64,000 bases of DNA from positions 62,001-126,000 of the forward strand of contig QPGO01000103.1 in assembly GCA_008632985.1 (NCBI GenBank). The letters are read 5' to 3'. Numbering within the stretch: position 1 is the first letter of the stretch; the number at the start of each line of letters is the position of its first letter. This document shows, piece after piece, positions 1-13,128 of the stretch. Under the pieces are notes generated by a model that saw only the letters and a list, made by a program, of their open reading frames with translations, was not told the origin of the DNA and did no database searches. The translations under genes and the position numbers were made by a program. The DNA is from Psammoneis japonica (lineage: Eukaryota).

Positions 1-647
1 ATGGCACTGCCTTTGGGAAGAAAGGACCCGCTGCCGATGTCATAGACATACACATCATCTACTGCTGCAATGACTGCCACCTGTCCGTCCTTGCTGAGCG
101 CCACCTGTGAACCAAAATCACTAGTTCCACTTCCTTCCACCCGATCTTTGAACTCCCAGACTGTCCCATTCCAGTGGTACAAGTACGCCGCGCCACTACG
201 AGCACCGTTTGGGTAGGCATATGCTCCCACAAGCAAGGTGGTACCGCCGCTGTCGAGGTCTAGGCTGAATCCAAACTCATCAAGCTCGTTCTCGCCTTGG
301 AGGGGCATTCCACTCATGAGCTGCCAGTTGCCTTGGGTAAACTCAAAACAATAGACGTCCCCTGGCACGGTTCCGAAACGGTGTGACGCGGCCAGCCTCG
401 GCGTGGTTCCCTCATACATGGCCAGAGCGATCAAGTTGAATGAAAAGAACTCATCAGGGGTCGTGCTCTGAATGGTTGGACCCAGCGGCTGAAATCCATC
501 CGGCTGAAGCAGCCGAGTAGGCGAACCCTGCTGAGATTTCTTTTCAACATGATCAAGTCCACCAAGTTCATCTCGTCCGCTCGAGACGGAAGCAGCAGCC
601 ACGCCTAACACTGAAGCAACAACCGAGGCAACAAGAATTGTCTTCAT
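1..647 (-). CDS. Secreted FG-GAP/beta-propeller repeat protein, 3' end outside the window
   Basis: Manual translation from ATG 647: signal peptide MKTILVASVVASVLGVAAA, then FG-GAP-like repeats DEFGFSLDLDSGGTTLLVGA, GAAYLYHWNG, DFGSQVALSKDGQVAVIAA; frame open to the window edge. Confidence 0.75.
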   Translation of the reverse strand, partial: MKTILVASVVASVLGVAAASVSSGRDELGGLDHVEKKSQQGSPTRLLQPDGFQPLGPTIQSTTPDEFFSFNLIALAMYEGTTPRLAASHRFGTVPGDVYCFEFTQGNWQLMSGMPLQGENELDEFGFSLDLDSGGTTLLVGAYAYPNGARSGAAYLYHWNGTVWEFKDRVEGSGTSDFGSQVALSKDGQVAVIAAVDDVYVYDIGSGSFLPKGSA

Positions 648-1232
648 CCTGGGACGCAGTTCGAGGAGAGCCAATACATTGTGTGCATTAGCTCTTGGTA
701 CATCGAGATGAATTGGAATGGGAATGGACCATACGCATACGCGGATTGCTGGGTCTTGGTCTTGGTAGTCGCGGGACCTAAAGTCCGGGTCGACGTCATC
801 AGCGAACTTCATTTCATGCACATCTACGCATTTTAGGATGTTCATTGCAATGACGTTATTTAGTTTTGTCTCCTTTCTGATTTCGCGAATTTCTACTAAA
901 TGTCAAAATGTCGGAATCTTTTTACATTTATTTAGATGTTAATGTTATAAAAGTATATTTAACTAAAAAGTCATTAATTTAGTCTATTGAATGCTTTCGT
1001 GAATGAACAGAAAGGAAAAGGCTCATAATGGCGGGAAAAGAAACGCGTTCTTGGGGGTCGTTGTTCCGTTGAATTCTCCCACCAAATCATTCGTACCGGT
1101 ACGAACTCGCTCAACGTGGTGTCAAAGAAAAGCAACCATTACGCCTGAATCCATGCCCAAGCCCTTTTATTGCCAAAAATATATATTCCTGAGCTTAAAC
1201 CAAAAGACACAGCACAAAACGTTTATTGAAAA

Positions 1233-2684
1233 ATGGCGGACTTCATGATGGACAAGATCGGAATGGAGGATGACATCAACGTGAATGGCATGAAACCTCC
1301 CAGAGACAACGCCATGCGGAGTAGGTTTCGCCGGAAGGGTCGTCGGGCGTCGGGGCGATCCTTGTTTTCATCATCAGATGCACAGTCCGTCGTGTCTGCA
1401 CCAGTGCAAAACTATGATGCGGCAAGCAGATCATACTATGATTATAGAATTACTGCCGTCGAATCAGCGGCACCTGCACGAGCACGAGCACGAAACTCTG
1501 GAATGAGTCTGAGTGGTCCAGGAGAATCTGTACCTCCGAGTTTGTCAAATCAGGCCGACTCAGGTCTGTGATGGTCGTCTATGATTGCAAATACGCGCAG
1601 AACCAAAACTCGCTCACCATTCATCACCCTTTTTTCGTTTTTTTCGTTTCGTTCAGCACTCATTTCTCGCCTTAAGCAGCAGGGTTACAGTACAGGTTTG
1701 GCAATGGCTTTAGCTTCCAACTCGAATGCATTTCATCATCGAATTTGGGTAGTAGATAACTCCGGTTCCATGATGGTTGGAGATGGTCGTCGCATTGTAG
1801 CAACGTCGAGCGGAAAGATAACCGAACAAAGAGTGACGCGATGGGAGGAGATTCAGGAGACCGTGGTGTATCATTGCCAAATGGCTGCTCTCCTAAAGAC
1901 TCCAACTGTGTTCAATCTCTTGAATAGTCCGGGTGTTCAAGTGGGTCCGCAGCGATTCAGTGTAGGAGAACGGGGCCGAAATGTTGGAGCTGATATTCAA
2001 AAGGCAACCGCCATTATGCAAAGGGCTCGACCAGAGGGTGTGACTCCTCTCACTGCGCATATTTGGGAGATTGAAAACTCGATAAGAAGCATGGCCACGC
2101 GACTCCGGAAACGAGGTCAGAGAATCGCGATAATCTTGGCCACGGATGGACTTCCAACAGATGCTGATGGGTACGGCGGTGATGAAATTACACAAGAATT
2201 TATTTCGTCGCTTCGGTCGTTGGAGGGGCTACCAGTGTGGCTTGTGATTCGATTGTGTACGGACCAGCACGAGGTAACCAGTTTTTACAATAATTTGGAT
2301 TCTCAGCTGGAGCTGCAACTCGAAGTTTTGGATGACTTCCTCGGAGAGGCAAAGGAGGTATATCAACACAACAAGTGGTTGAACTATGCTCTCCCAATGC
2401 ACCGTTGCCGGGAATTAGGATACCACGACAGATTGTTTGATTTGATTGACGAGAGACCATTAACCATTGGTGAACTGCGTGATTTTTGTGTACTTTTGTT
2501 TGGTGTCAATGAAGCAATCATTCCAGATCCGTACACCGACTGGAGAGACTTTCTTACCTTTGTCAAGGACCAATTGAAGCGGGAGATTGAACACTGGAAT
2601 CCTGTCAAGAAGAAGGTGCAGCCATGGATTAATGTCAAAGCCTTGAACAAAATTTACGGACGCGGAACATGTACAATAATGTGA
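1233..2684 (+). CDS. von Willebrand factor A domain protein, 2 exons (intron 1564-1656)
   Basis: MIDAS-like motif VVDNSGSM, GVTPL, ILATDGLP; the GT..AG intron joins ORFs 1233-1571 and 1581-2684 in frame. Confidence 0.8.
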
Positions 2685-2887
2685 TGTGACGAAACGCCCG
2701 ACCGTGACAATGCTCGTTAGTGGAAAGACTTGTCAAGATTATCATTCTGTAAATGAAAGCGCAACTGAGAGATTTTCTGAAATATATATGGCTGGTAGGC
2801 TACCTATATCCTGTTTTCTGATCTTTTGTCCCTTGGAGGTTTATGATTCATAGTTGTGACGCTTGTGTGAATAAACGAAATAATGTA

Positions 2888-5800
2888 TTATACGGGTTGC
2901 ATCGGATTTTGCTTTAGTTCGTCTGTTGCCACCAAGAGGTTGCATTCAACGATTGGCGAGCGACCGTCAACCCGACTCCAGTGATCATTCCACATTTGAA
3001 TATGACGCAACTGCTCTGGCGTCAACGAAAAGTTTGGAGATGCCCTCCACCAGGTTTCGACGTTGCCTTCACTCTCAATGACCTGTGTCATGACATCGGA
3101 AGAAGTTTGGAGAATGAGGAGAATCGATGCAAGCGGCTCGCCGTTTTCCAAGAAAATGACGTTCTCTGCGACGTGAGCGTCAAAGCCGGAGATCCACACT
3201 ACATGGTTCTCCAGCATGAGAATACAGATAACATAAACCCGCAGACAAAACGGCGGATCACGGGTCTCGAAGAGAGACAAGAAGTCGGCCGCGATGTTCA
3301 AGAATCGGTGTACAAGAGGTATGTCCCGCCACCTAACGTTTGGTCCGAGAGCTTGAAGTGAGTCTTCGTTGCGTGTATGAGTGGGCAAGCCGCCTTGTTG
3401 TGTTTCGACACTAGTGAAAGTCACGCTTCGCTTCGTTTGGAAGGTGTCGCCGCGTTTGGGAAGTACCAAGCTTTCTCCAGTGTGCTTGATGGCATGTGTG
3501 ATTTTCCACGACGCGGTATCGACAATGTTGGCGACACCGTCGCTGCTGGCAAATACAACCGAGTCTTCATTGTTGCTCCAGCTGAGACAGCCAACATCAC
3601 CAACCTCTTCAATTCCTGAAGTATATGAGTGCATCTCGTCCACTTCTGTCCAACAAAGGGTATCAATAACAGTGCATCCCTACAAGCCAATAATAGCAAA
3701 GAGATTTAGAGAAAGTTGCCGACCTCAACAACTACCAATCTTGACGCTTTAACGTCCTTCTTACCCGTTTTCCACCCGTCCCACAGTATCCCAAGTACCG
3801 TCCCGTTGAGCTCCATCGAATATCGGAGACACAGTAAGTCACATCAATCTGATGACAAAGCACCCATCCACCCTTAGCACTGTAAATTGAAATCTTTGTG
3901 TCCTCGCCTCCGACAGCTAAAAAAGCGTTGAGTTGGAAAGAAACAAAAATGAGGACCAACGAAGAGATAAGAAAGTTGCTACGTGAAACGATGCAACTTA
4001 CCAAGATATTTGCCTTTGGCACTAAAGGCGACAGAAGAGACAGCCCTGTTGCCCCGTGAGATTTCAGCATGCGGAACATAAAAGTTAGAATCGATAACCT
4101 TCTCTGCATCATGAATTGTAAGCAGTCCATCGGATCGTCCAACGGCAAGATTGTTTCTACTCCAACTTAGCGCTTGCACTTCTCCATCACGTTCGTCCAT
4201 TTCTCCAACAATGCTCCAGCGCTTTTTCCTTCCAAGAAATGTTACCACGCCATCCGACGAGCCGACCGCTAAGCACTCATCGAGCTTACTGAACCCGAGC
4301 ACGTTGACAAACGAGGCAAACCGTATCTCCTTGACTACACGCCAGCTAGACGCGGCAAAAATGTGAACCAACTGACCCCCACCTAAAGCGAGAAACCTGC
4401 TTTTTCGAGAAAACTGAAGTGTGGCAACCGGATGGGCGAGTTTGAACTTCTGCTCAGCGCATCAACACCAAGCGGATGGTTAGTCACTTCACGACGAAAC
4501 GAGGAAGACAGAGAAGTCCGTCAGTTGCATTTCTTACCGCGACAAGTCTCCAGTCTGTAGTACGAAAAACCAACAATCTTCCAGCACCAGATACCATTGC
4601 CATGAACGATGACGGCTCCCCTTTCTTTGCACTGCTAAATGCTACAGCTGTAATTGGCATGTCTACGTCGGACTCATCTAGCGAAATATCCGGAGTAGAT
4701 TTTTGATCAAAGCTCTCGTCCATAACACGAAAGTCCTCCCTCAAGACCCACTCATTCGGAGATGCTACCAGCGCACTTGATCCGTCGTTCGACGAAACAT
4801 CATCACCTGAAGTATCACAAACTGAAAACGTGCCAGCGCCAGGCTCGTTCACTTGGAGAGCAGTCTTAAACAACGCCACGGTTCGATCTTCGCCACCAAT
4901 AGCAAGAATGTTCTCTTCCCAACAAACGCAATTGATACCACCAACGCGGTGCAACTTGTGGATAACGGCAAAGGTCTTCGACTCCACAAGAGAGCATACC
5001 GCATCCGAGCCACCTACGGCCAAGAATGATCCGTCCATATTCCAGCTCATCGAAGTCACGGTGCGCTGCGTTGCAACTTGTTCGCCAGTACGTTTTCGAC
5101 TTTGAACTACTTTGCTCGCCCTCTCGTTAAAAGCAGCATCATATACTGAGACCGTTCCATCCTTGCATCCAATCGCAACGTGGCTTCCGTCTGGGTTCCA
5201 CCTTACGGAATGAATTGAAGATGGACGCCGAATCTCGCCCATCACTTCCCATGAATCATTCAATATTGTGCAACATTTATCACTCCCCGCAACGGCAAGT
5301 GTTGAGCCCTTAGGACTCCAGTCCAAACAAAACACTAATCCAGAGAGTGAGATCTCGTTGATAATCTTAAGGGACGGACTTTGACTCGCCGTATTGACTG
5401 AAGCAATGGTTACTTTTCCATCATACCCACCCATGGCCAACAACGTGCCGTTTGGGTGAAACTGGACTGCATAAACTCGATCTTCTCGTTCCAACCTAGT
5501 TGCTACTTCCACCCCGGTCAGTGACGCCGTTTCGTCTAATCCCTTTCGAAATTGTAAACGGAGCAAACTTGCAAGGCAATCATCACCGGCGACAACAAGG
5601 AATTTCCTATCTGGAGAGAAACTCAAGCAGCGGGCTCTGCCCTCTAGCCTTACTTCTTGAACTGAACCATGCTTCTTGATGCCACCGTTGTGAGTGCGCA
5701 CACTTTTTGGAGAAGAGGCTCCATTGAAAATCTCGGCCACAGCAACTGCCCCATCCTCTGAACCAGTAGCCAACAGGATGGAATAATTGCAGTCTTTGTC

Positions 5801-6433
5801 TGGTTTTGAAATCGCACAACAGGTGATCTTCGATGTTCGTGCAATTTCATCCCATACAACTCCACTGGGTGACATCATATCAAAACTAGTTTTTCCTGGC
5901 TTCGGCAATGACTCGATGTTGCTCGTATCCTTGCTCGTCTCATCCATCATGTCAGTATAGTAGTCCTTAACGCGCCATGCACTGTTAGAGGATACAGAGG
6001 AAGCGGTGTCAGACGCACGTATAGGTCCTTCACGTGGCGATGGAAGCTTCGCGATAGGCGTTCTTGTTAAATCCTGTCCGTTGCTGGAGCTGAAGGAAGT
6101 AGGGCTCAAGGACGAAGTATCCAGCGACGAGAGCTGCGGAAGAGGACCCAAATGTAGATTTCTGTCGATAAGAAAGCCAGCATCTTCTCGTTCTTGACAA
6201 ACCATACCTCCCACGTAGCTTTGGGCGTATGTCCGGCCCTCCAGATTTGTGCTGGGCTCTGAAACGGGCGGAAAGGATAACATGGATCTGTGTTTTCTTC
6301 GTAAACGCCATCGTCTCGGGGCGTCAGATGTAGTGTTTCGTGCACGTACTCTGTCAAAATAACGGGGATTATGCTCGTCGAGTCTTTCATGTCCTACGAC
6401 AGTATTGACGCTCCTTGATTTGGTGTTTCCCAT
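2888..6433 (-). CDS. Large multi-exon WD40-repeat protein
   Basis: Many WD40 blades (VYAVQFHPNGTLLAMGGYDGKV, IHSVRWNPDGSHVAIGCKDGTVSVYD, VQALSWSRNNLAVGRSDG) across ORFs 4484-6433, 3979-4371, 3732-4148 and 2888-3643, with GTAAG donors near 4537, 4001 and 3765; exact 3' end uncertain. Confidence 0.85.
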
Positions 6434-6939
6434 CTTGCTCTGTGGGGATCAGGTCGAGAAGCGGTGAACCAACAAGCAGCACCAGAGCGCCGTCACTCAT
6501 AAACAGAAAATGTGAAAGAATCTCTTCTTCGAGTTTCCACGACGCGACCCAACGATTCGAAAGAAAGACATCGTTTGAACAAAAACTTGAATTCAAACAA
6601 CTCCGCGTCTCACGAAAACTTAGAATTCAAACATTCAAAAACGGGAACCGCGCCGTCCAGACGAATGGTGCGCCGTCACCTGCCACCTCATCTTTCTGAA
6701 CCATCAACTAAAAAACAATTTAAGTCACATTCTCGTCTATGCTATCAGCATCGCACCAGTCACACCCTGGATACACGTCCGCCGTCGTGGCCGCACTCAT
6801 GTGTGACGAAACGGTGGACAGTGTCCATTGGCAGATGGGATGGGATTGGGGATACATCATCATGCATCCCGTTCAATTTGTCATACCAAATAACGACGTA
6901 GGCTCAACGTTGGAATTAAATTTTCGAAAACCGGCTTAG

Positions 6940-8280
6940 TCCGATTGTTCAAATTGTTCAACTGCTCCATCCAGGATCCAGGTGCCGACCGCAGTTGCAC
7001 ACTGCATCGTCACAGACCCACAGTGCTGACCACTTCTGCTGTAGTGATCCAAGCCAGCCACACGCCGCACAAGTGCCATTGGTTGAGCAGCTGTTTCGCA
7101 CCCATTGTTGGAGCACTGTCCCTCGTGTCAAGTTGGAGCCCCACTCAAATTTGTCAAACCAGGTCATTCATGTCCGAAAAACTCAAAACCACACAGCCCA
7201 AAAAGAAGTGAACAGAAGGCAATGAACGTGCTCAGCATCCATGTGTGAGCACAAGCAGGCTGTGTCATGCCCAATTTTTCAAACATGTGGGCTGTGCCCA
7301 AGCTGTGTCATCTCATGGCTGAACTCAAAAACTTTGCACAAGCTTTGCACTTGAGCTGCTTGCCAATGTGCACTCAGAGCAGTGCAAGAAGCGAGAAGGC
7401 AGAGCTCATTGCACTGTTGTCATGCTGAATGTGGTGCCTGTTTGTTGTCAGAACATGACCAATCTTTCACTCAAGATTGAGACATTCTGTCCAGCACCCC
7501 ATGTTGGGCCCCTGGGAAGAGCGCGTTGTCAAGCCATTTTGGCGCAGCTTGGGGCGCTTCCAGACAACACATGTCTTGTTGCTTGCTTCTTGCTTGGCAA
7601 GTGCTTGCAGGGTTGACAAACAAGCAATGCTCACAGACTCACCCATTGCTTTTTCATGCTTTGGGTTCCATCTTGGCTGATGTCAGTTGAGTGTTTGCCC
7701 CCCAACTCCGCACAGGTCTGCACTGGGCCACAACCATGCAAGCCAAGCTTGTTGTGGTTGTTGAGCTCACAGCTGGAGCAAAATCTCCTGGAGCTTAGAA
7801 AGTTTGAGAGCTCTGCTCAAAACAGTCTCCAGCTGGTCAAAAACCCAGTCACTTAAATGACCACATCCAAAACTCAAAACCGCGGCCTTCACAAATTTTG
7901 AGAGCACCTGATGCATGTGTCACTGTGTCTGTTTGCTGGCACAAGCAGGCTTTGTCACACCCAGCTTTCAAACAAAGCAAAGACTCCACAACATCCAAGA
8001 AAAGCTGGCACCATCATGAGCTCAAACTTCAAACAAGAAGACCTGCATTTGCACTGTGGACCAACTGTGCACTCAGAGCAGAGAATGGCAAGAAGTGAGA
8101 AGGCAGAGCTCACTGCATCATTTTCATGCTAAACATTGTGCCCCCCGATCATTGCCAGAACACCAGTGTGGCTGCACCCTGCCGCACACACCAAGAAGCT
8201 TAGAGGATGACCTTGCACGAATCGAGGAACATGCAAATTCTCCTTGCTCAATGCCGTGGCTTTCGAAAAAAGACATGCGT
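6940..8280. other. TpA- and CpG-depleted degenerate island 1 (probable decayed repeat)
   Basis: Only about four TA dinucleotides by eye in ~1.3 kb, strong TG/CA excess, only Cys/His-rich junk ORFs; normal composition on both sides. Confidence 0.8.
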
Positions 8281-8460
8281 TTCACGATTATACAACGACA
8301 TAAAGCTTTGACAACATCAGAACCATCTTTAGATATCTCTTTACTATCTCATTCAGTTCATCAAAACTAAATCACGTAGTCGCGACCTATTTGTAAGCAT
8401 GCGTTCCGTCCCCACCCACCTCTGTCAGACTGACTCCTTCGCACTATGGTAGCTGGCAAC

Positions 8461-9753
8461 TTACAGCTCTCCTCTCATAGTGACTGATACCTTTTCCCGG
8501 TTACCATATAGGATGGTGAGATTAATCCGTCGGTTCTCGTAGCCCTTTGCAAATCTGCAGTTATCTGTCTTATGAAAAAGGAATGAATCAAAGAGAACAG
8601 CTCGGTTTTGACGATAGGGGATGGTTACGTTTGCAAAGTCGGTGGGCTTGAGTAAATTTTCTTCAATAAATTCCCAATTTGCATTGAACTCTTTGAAGCC
8701 CCAATGATCGGGAGGTTTCGCAGTGAAAACAACCAGCCCGCCCGACGTGGGATCGAGATTGGCTTGGTCAGGTGTAATCCAAATGTTGACATTCACAGCA
8801 GCATCGTCGGCATGGGTGTGAATGCCAGTCGTTGCATCCTCTTGAGAGGACTCATATTTGTACACCCACATCTCTTTCATTGCGTGTTCTTTCATGACTC
8901 GCGGCATCGCTTTGTTCAGTTCAAAGGCAATGGCCAACATGAGTTTGTCATGCATTCCGTCACTAATATAACTCCCCAAATACCGTCCGAAACGTGGTAA
9001 TTTGGCTTCATAGTAGAATGTACTCATCAGAAGGTAGTCATATACTCTCTGCAAGACCTCCGGAGACAGAAGGTTATCAATGACAACAATTCCAGGGTGC
9101 TCGTATCCCTCTTCTTCTCCAAACCACTGACGTTCAATCTTTCCAAAGTCGATCGAAGGATTTAGTAACGGCACTGGCAATTGATTGCCATGCTTTCCCA
9201 TCACTTCAGGGCCAAACTCAGGAACGAAGAGAGCACGATTATAAAATGGTAGAATCTCCATGTCCTCCTGTTGAAATTTGTAGAACTCCTCTTCTTCCTG
9301 AAATTTAGTGTCGTCCATTCGCCGCAATACAGATTGATAAAGTCCGGGCAAGGTGACCTGGAGTAGCTTCTGCGTTTGTTCATTCATGTTCAGCTTATCG
9401 GTAGCCACAAGCCATTGAAATTGCTCAATGTCATGCAAGAGTTTGTGCCTCGTCGTGACGTTAAATCCTCCACCTATCTCGCGAATAGGGGGACGTCGAC
9501 GGCGCCTGCTTGGTTGCATGCTGCGTTCGCTGCTGTCAAACATGCTCTTGAGCCTCTCATGTAAGCCAGTAAGGTCGCGATCTTTTGAGTACCATGATAC
9601 TAACTCCCAGTAGGTTTTGAATTGGGGAGGCTCTTTTGATTCCGTGGACGTACTTGCGGCCACACTCGCTGTATGAAGCAAGAGGAAGAGACAAGCTGCC
9701 CACAACAAACTTTTCACTCTGCGACAGATCCCCGTGTCCAAAACTAGTCTCAT
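8461..9753 (-). CDS. 2-oxoglutarate/Fe(II)-dependent oxygenase-like protein, probably ER/secretory
   Basis: HxD motif (HTHADDAAVNVNIW), distal His (LFHKTD), RRINLT; N-terminal hydrophobic signal; C-terminal RGEL resembling an ER-retention signal. Confidence 0.75.
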   Translation of the reverse strand: MRLVLDTGICRRVKSLLWAACLFLLLHTASVAASTSTESKEPPQFKTYWELVSWYSKDRDLTGLHERLKSMFDSSERSMQPSRRRRRPPIREIGGGFNVTTRHKLLHDIEQFQWLVATDKLNMNEQTQKLLQVTLPGLYQSVLRRMDDTKFQEEEEFYKFQQEDMEILPFYNRALFVPEFGPEVMGKHGNQLPVPLLNPSIDFGKIERQWFGEEEGYEHPGIVVIDNLLSPEVLQRVYDYLLMSTFYYEAKLPRFGRYLGSYISDGMHDKLMLAIAFELNKAMPRVMKEHAMKEMWVYKYESSQEDATTGIHTHADDAAVNVNIWITPDQANLDPTSGGLVVFTAKPPDHWGFKEFNANWEFIEENLLKPTDFANVTIPYRQNRAVLFDSFLFHKTDNCRFAKGYENRRINLTILYGNREKVSVTMRGEL

Positions 9754-10342
9754 TACGCAGAACTTGACTTATCCTATGGGAAAGAAGCAGTGACACTGTC
9801 ACTCGTTGTGTTTATCCGTTGAGTGATGGTGCAAGGCATTTGCTGTTCTGAGTTTTGGATATGACCGCAATCAAAAATCCAAAATTCCAAAATGTTGCTG
9901 TCGCTGAATCGCGGTTCGCGGCTGTTTATTTATGTCATACTACGTGCTTCGTAGACTCTACGGAGGATTAAAATGTTTCAAAAATTAAATTTGGGCACGA
10001 AGACCTCATCGAGCAACTGCATGGTTCAAACAAACCCCATCATACTGTACGTATCCCCGCCAATCCGTATCTTTTATGTGGTTACAAAGAGGGCATAATG
10101 CCGTGTAGACTGTCTCTCTCAGCACTGAAGTGCACTGCATTAGCCAGCGACAAACATTCAAAATACTTCTACCAATAATGAACTCTACAACAGGATAAAT
10201 TCACTAGTTTCCATCCTTCTCACAGTCCCCGACACCTGCCCGTGACAAACACTGTTGTAAAGAAGTTCTGCTGGTAATACCGGTAGCTGCCCGAACTCTG
10301 AATGACGGTCAAAGCTTCTGCGTTCTTCTTCTCCCTTGATCT

Positions 10343-11428
10343 CTAATCCCGCTTTGGGCGTCCTCCTGTCTTTTTGATAGGTCCTACGGGTAAGGAAAAA
10401 CCAAAGAGCTTGCCTCCAGCATAGATAACATACATGGCACTCGCGACGATGGCAGCCAAGAAAGGTGCAACCCAGTATACAAAGTAGTGACCAATGTGGC
10501 GCGGGAATTCATAAGTGGTGCCGACTCCAAAGACATCCCAAGACGTCGCAAGCATGGGATTCATGGCAGGTCCAGAGGTAGGGAAGAACTCAATTAGGCA
10601 CCGGATACCAATGGCCGTCAAGCTCTGCTTGATCCAGTAGTGGTAAGAACCAAAGTGCCACTCCCAATTCACGATATAGATCAGCCACATGAGCAACAAA
10701 GTAGCACAGAACTCAGAAATAAAAGGCTCGAAATGATGCTCATCATCGTCTGCGATATTGTACTCAGGTCCTCCAAAGGGCACCCAGCCATAGTAATCGG
10801 AAAGCGCGTGGAAAATTGGAAAACTTCAGACAGATTTCGCATACAGTTCAGGCGAGAGTGAGTACACAGCATTGTCATATGCCTTGAGGAGTGCAATACA
10901 TCTGATGGAATTGCTTGAGGAAATGAAGAAAAGGATTTCCCGTACGTACCTGATCAACCCTCCACCCATCTGAGCCGCTATGCGAACAACTGCCTCGGTG
11001 TAGCTTGTTTTACCCAGTGCCCACATGCTCACGCTCACCGCAGGATTAACATGAGGTCCTGTTCAGATACAAACAAGGTCAGTATACCATGAAGCGAGTG
11101 CATATCGATTAGATTTCTATCGCGAAAAGTGCGAAAATTAGAAAGAAAAAAAAACGGCTGTCGTACCTCCAGCAATGTAGTCAGCGGCGATAACACCCAA
11201 AAAGTGGGATGTATAAGCCATGCGAATGCTCTCTGTTCCGATCCATTTTCCAGCAGAAAAGGTACAAATAATCATGAGGCAGCTCCCCAAGAATTCGGTA
11301 AAATAGGTACGCAGCATCGATCCTTCGTTGATGAATGCAACGGTAACCGACAAGATCAATCCTGGCGGGAGATAATCTACGACATCGCGAATGATGGAGA
11401 AGAGAGATAGAACAACGGGCTTGACCAT
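10343..11428 (-). CDS. Aquaporin / MIP family channel, 3 exons
   Basis: TEFLGSCLM, GPHVNPAVS (first NPA), GPAMNPMLA (variant second motif), YFVYWVAPFLAA; introns ~11166-11060 and ~10949-10825. Confidence 0.9.
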
Positions 11429-12049
11429 GTTTGGCTTGTTACGATAGAACAGAATGTCACCAACCGCCAGTCGTCGCCGAGTGTGTTGTTTACAAGTCGC
11501 TGTTAGTATTGCTTCCGTTGCTTTGAGCTTGGTGGCCGCGGGAAGCGGGCGGAACCGCGGAACCTCGAACATCGAAATTCGCGAAGCGCGCGCAAAGATT
11601 CAAAACTTCAAGCAGAGTTCAAGTGAAAATGCAAGTCACACGTGGAGGCATGAGATCAGCTCTATGCAATAACATCATTCTGAGAGTTACCGTCTCTTAG
11701 CTAGAGTAGAGTAGAGGTATTGCCTTCGAGTAGATGGTGTGTAAGAGGAAAACGCCACTTTCGTACTGTAAAGAGTAGGTTCTAATGCTTAACAGATGAA
11801 CCAATGAGACCGCGAAACTCTGTGTTGTACCACACCTATTTTAGGTTTTTCGTTGCTTTGTTGAACTACAGTAACGTTGAGTGCTATGTCTCTCGAGCGT
11901 CGGTCTATGTTTTGGGATCCCTAAACCACTGCCATCATAATTTCCACTATCGTGCGATAGCTATTGTTTTTCTTTCTCTGTTTGAACTTGTGATTTCGCC
12001 TTTGCGACTGAGCTGTAGTTCTTAGGATGACTTTGCGCTAGACACACCT

Positions 12050-12865
12050 TCAATTGTATGAGTCGAGAAGCCCAAACTCTGTGGAACCTCCACCGCCTCC
12101 AATTCCCGGGTCCCCGCCACCTGAAGCAGCTAACAAAAGTACTATCAATAACAGGGCTCCTCCTCCAGCGACCGCCAGAGTTTGTGGATCAAGCTCAAGC
12201 GCCTCGTCTGCTGGTTCCGGGGTCAGGATATCGATAAGGTTCTGGGCTGACGTTGCTGTGCACTCATCCATTCCTTCATCAATTTCGATGTGAGAAGCCT
12301 TTCCATCCTGTACCACCATGGCAAACCGTTTGGAACGAACACCAAGGCCAAAGCCCATATCATCGACCATTCCCATCTGACGAACTAGTTCACCGTCTCC
12401 ATCAGAAACCATTGTAAGGGGGCTCTCAGATTCATCCTTGATACCTAGGTCTTTTCTCCATGCTGTATTCACCCACTCGTCGTTGGTAGTCAGCACAGCA
12501 ATAGTCTTTACACCCAAGTCTCTCAGCTTTGGGGCACAATTAACAAAGCCCGGCAAGTGTGTTGTGGAACACGTAGGGGTAAAGGCACCGGGCATACCCA
12601 CAAGGATAGATGTACCCTCGCCCATGACCTCTTGAATCGTCAGTGGGATGCTCTCACCGTCGGCAACGACCTGTACATCAACTTCTGGCAACGTGTCGCC
12701 GACCGCGATCGTTTCGGGCACATTCAATTTGCGTTTCTTCCGAAAGCGGCCCAGAATGCCCATGTTCAAAGGCGCTCCCCTGGCAATGCTGGAGCGACCG
12801 GAGGGAACAAACGCAGCTGAACATACCAGAAATAGAGAAATAACAAAAAGAACAAAAGACTTCAT
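12050..12865 (-). CDS. Type II (Prx5-like) peroxiredoxin with plastid-type presequence and C-terminal hydrophobic tail
   Basis: Active site VGMPGAFTPTCSTTHLPGF and GLGVRSKRFAMVV; presequence MKSFVLFVISLFLVCSAAF-VP starting at ATG 12865. Confidence 0.88.
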   Translation of the reverse strand: MKSFVLFVISLFLVCSAAFVPSGRSSIARGAPLNMGILGRFRKKRKLNVPETIAVGDTLPEVDVQVVADGESIPLTIQEVMGEGTSILVGMPGAFTPTCSTTHLPGFVNCAPKLRDLGVKTIAVLTTNDEWVNTAWRKDLGIKDESESPLTMVSDGDGELVRQMGMVDDMGFGLGVRSKRFAMVVQDGKASHIEIDEGMDECTATSAQNLIDILTPEPADEALELDPQTLAVAGGGALLLIVLLLAASGGGDPGIGGGGGSTEFGLLDSYN

Positions 12866-13032
12866 CTTGTGGATTGAATAAAAGTGGTGGCCGAGGTGCC
12901 TCAACGGCAGGTGGCAGGTGCAAGGTGGTGGGTGGATGGTGGCGGCATTTTGTTCTTTTTGAAGCGCGATCTTCCAAAAGATACGCTTCGTCCGTTCGTG
13001 CCACCGTTTAGCGGATGGAATTTGCCGCCGAC

Positions 13033-13042
13033 ATGACGTCAT
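13033..13042. promoter_or_regulatory. Palindromic CRE-like bZIP site ATGACGTCAT in a divergent promoter
   Basis: Perfect 10-bp palindrome containing TGACGT (the known aureochrome/bZIP core) between the peroxiredoxin and hydrolase starts; function inferred only. Confidence 0.3.
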
Positions 13043-13128
13043 AGTTGAACTCGACATGCACTACCGTAGATAGATTGTGCGGATGATGAACATAAAATAC
13101 AGAAGGTACATAGAGTTAGAGTCCGAAG

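Noticed and set aside
8461..9753. 2OG-Fe(II) oxygenase next to island 1 as the DNA-modifying mutator
   Set aside because: It has a signal peptide and an ER-retention-like C-terminus, shows no TET/JBP or AlkB features I can recognise, and adjacency is weak evidence in eukaryotes.
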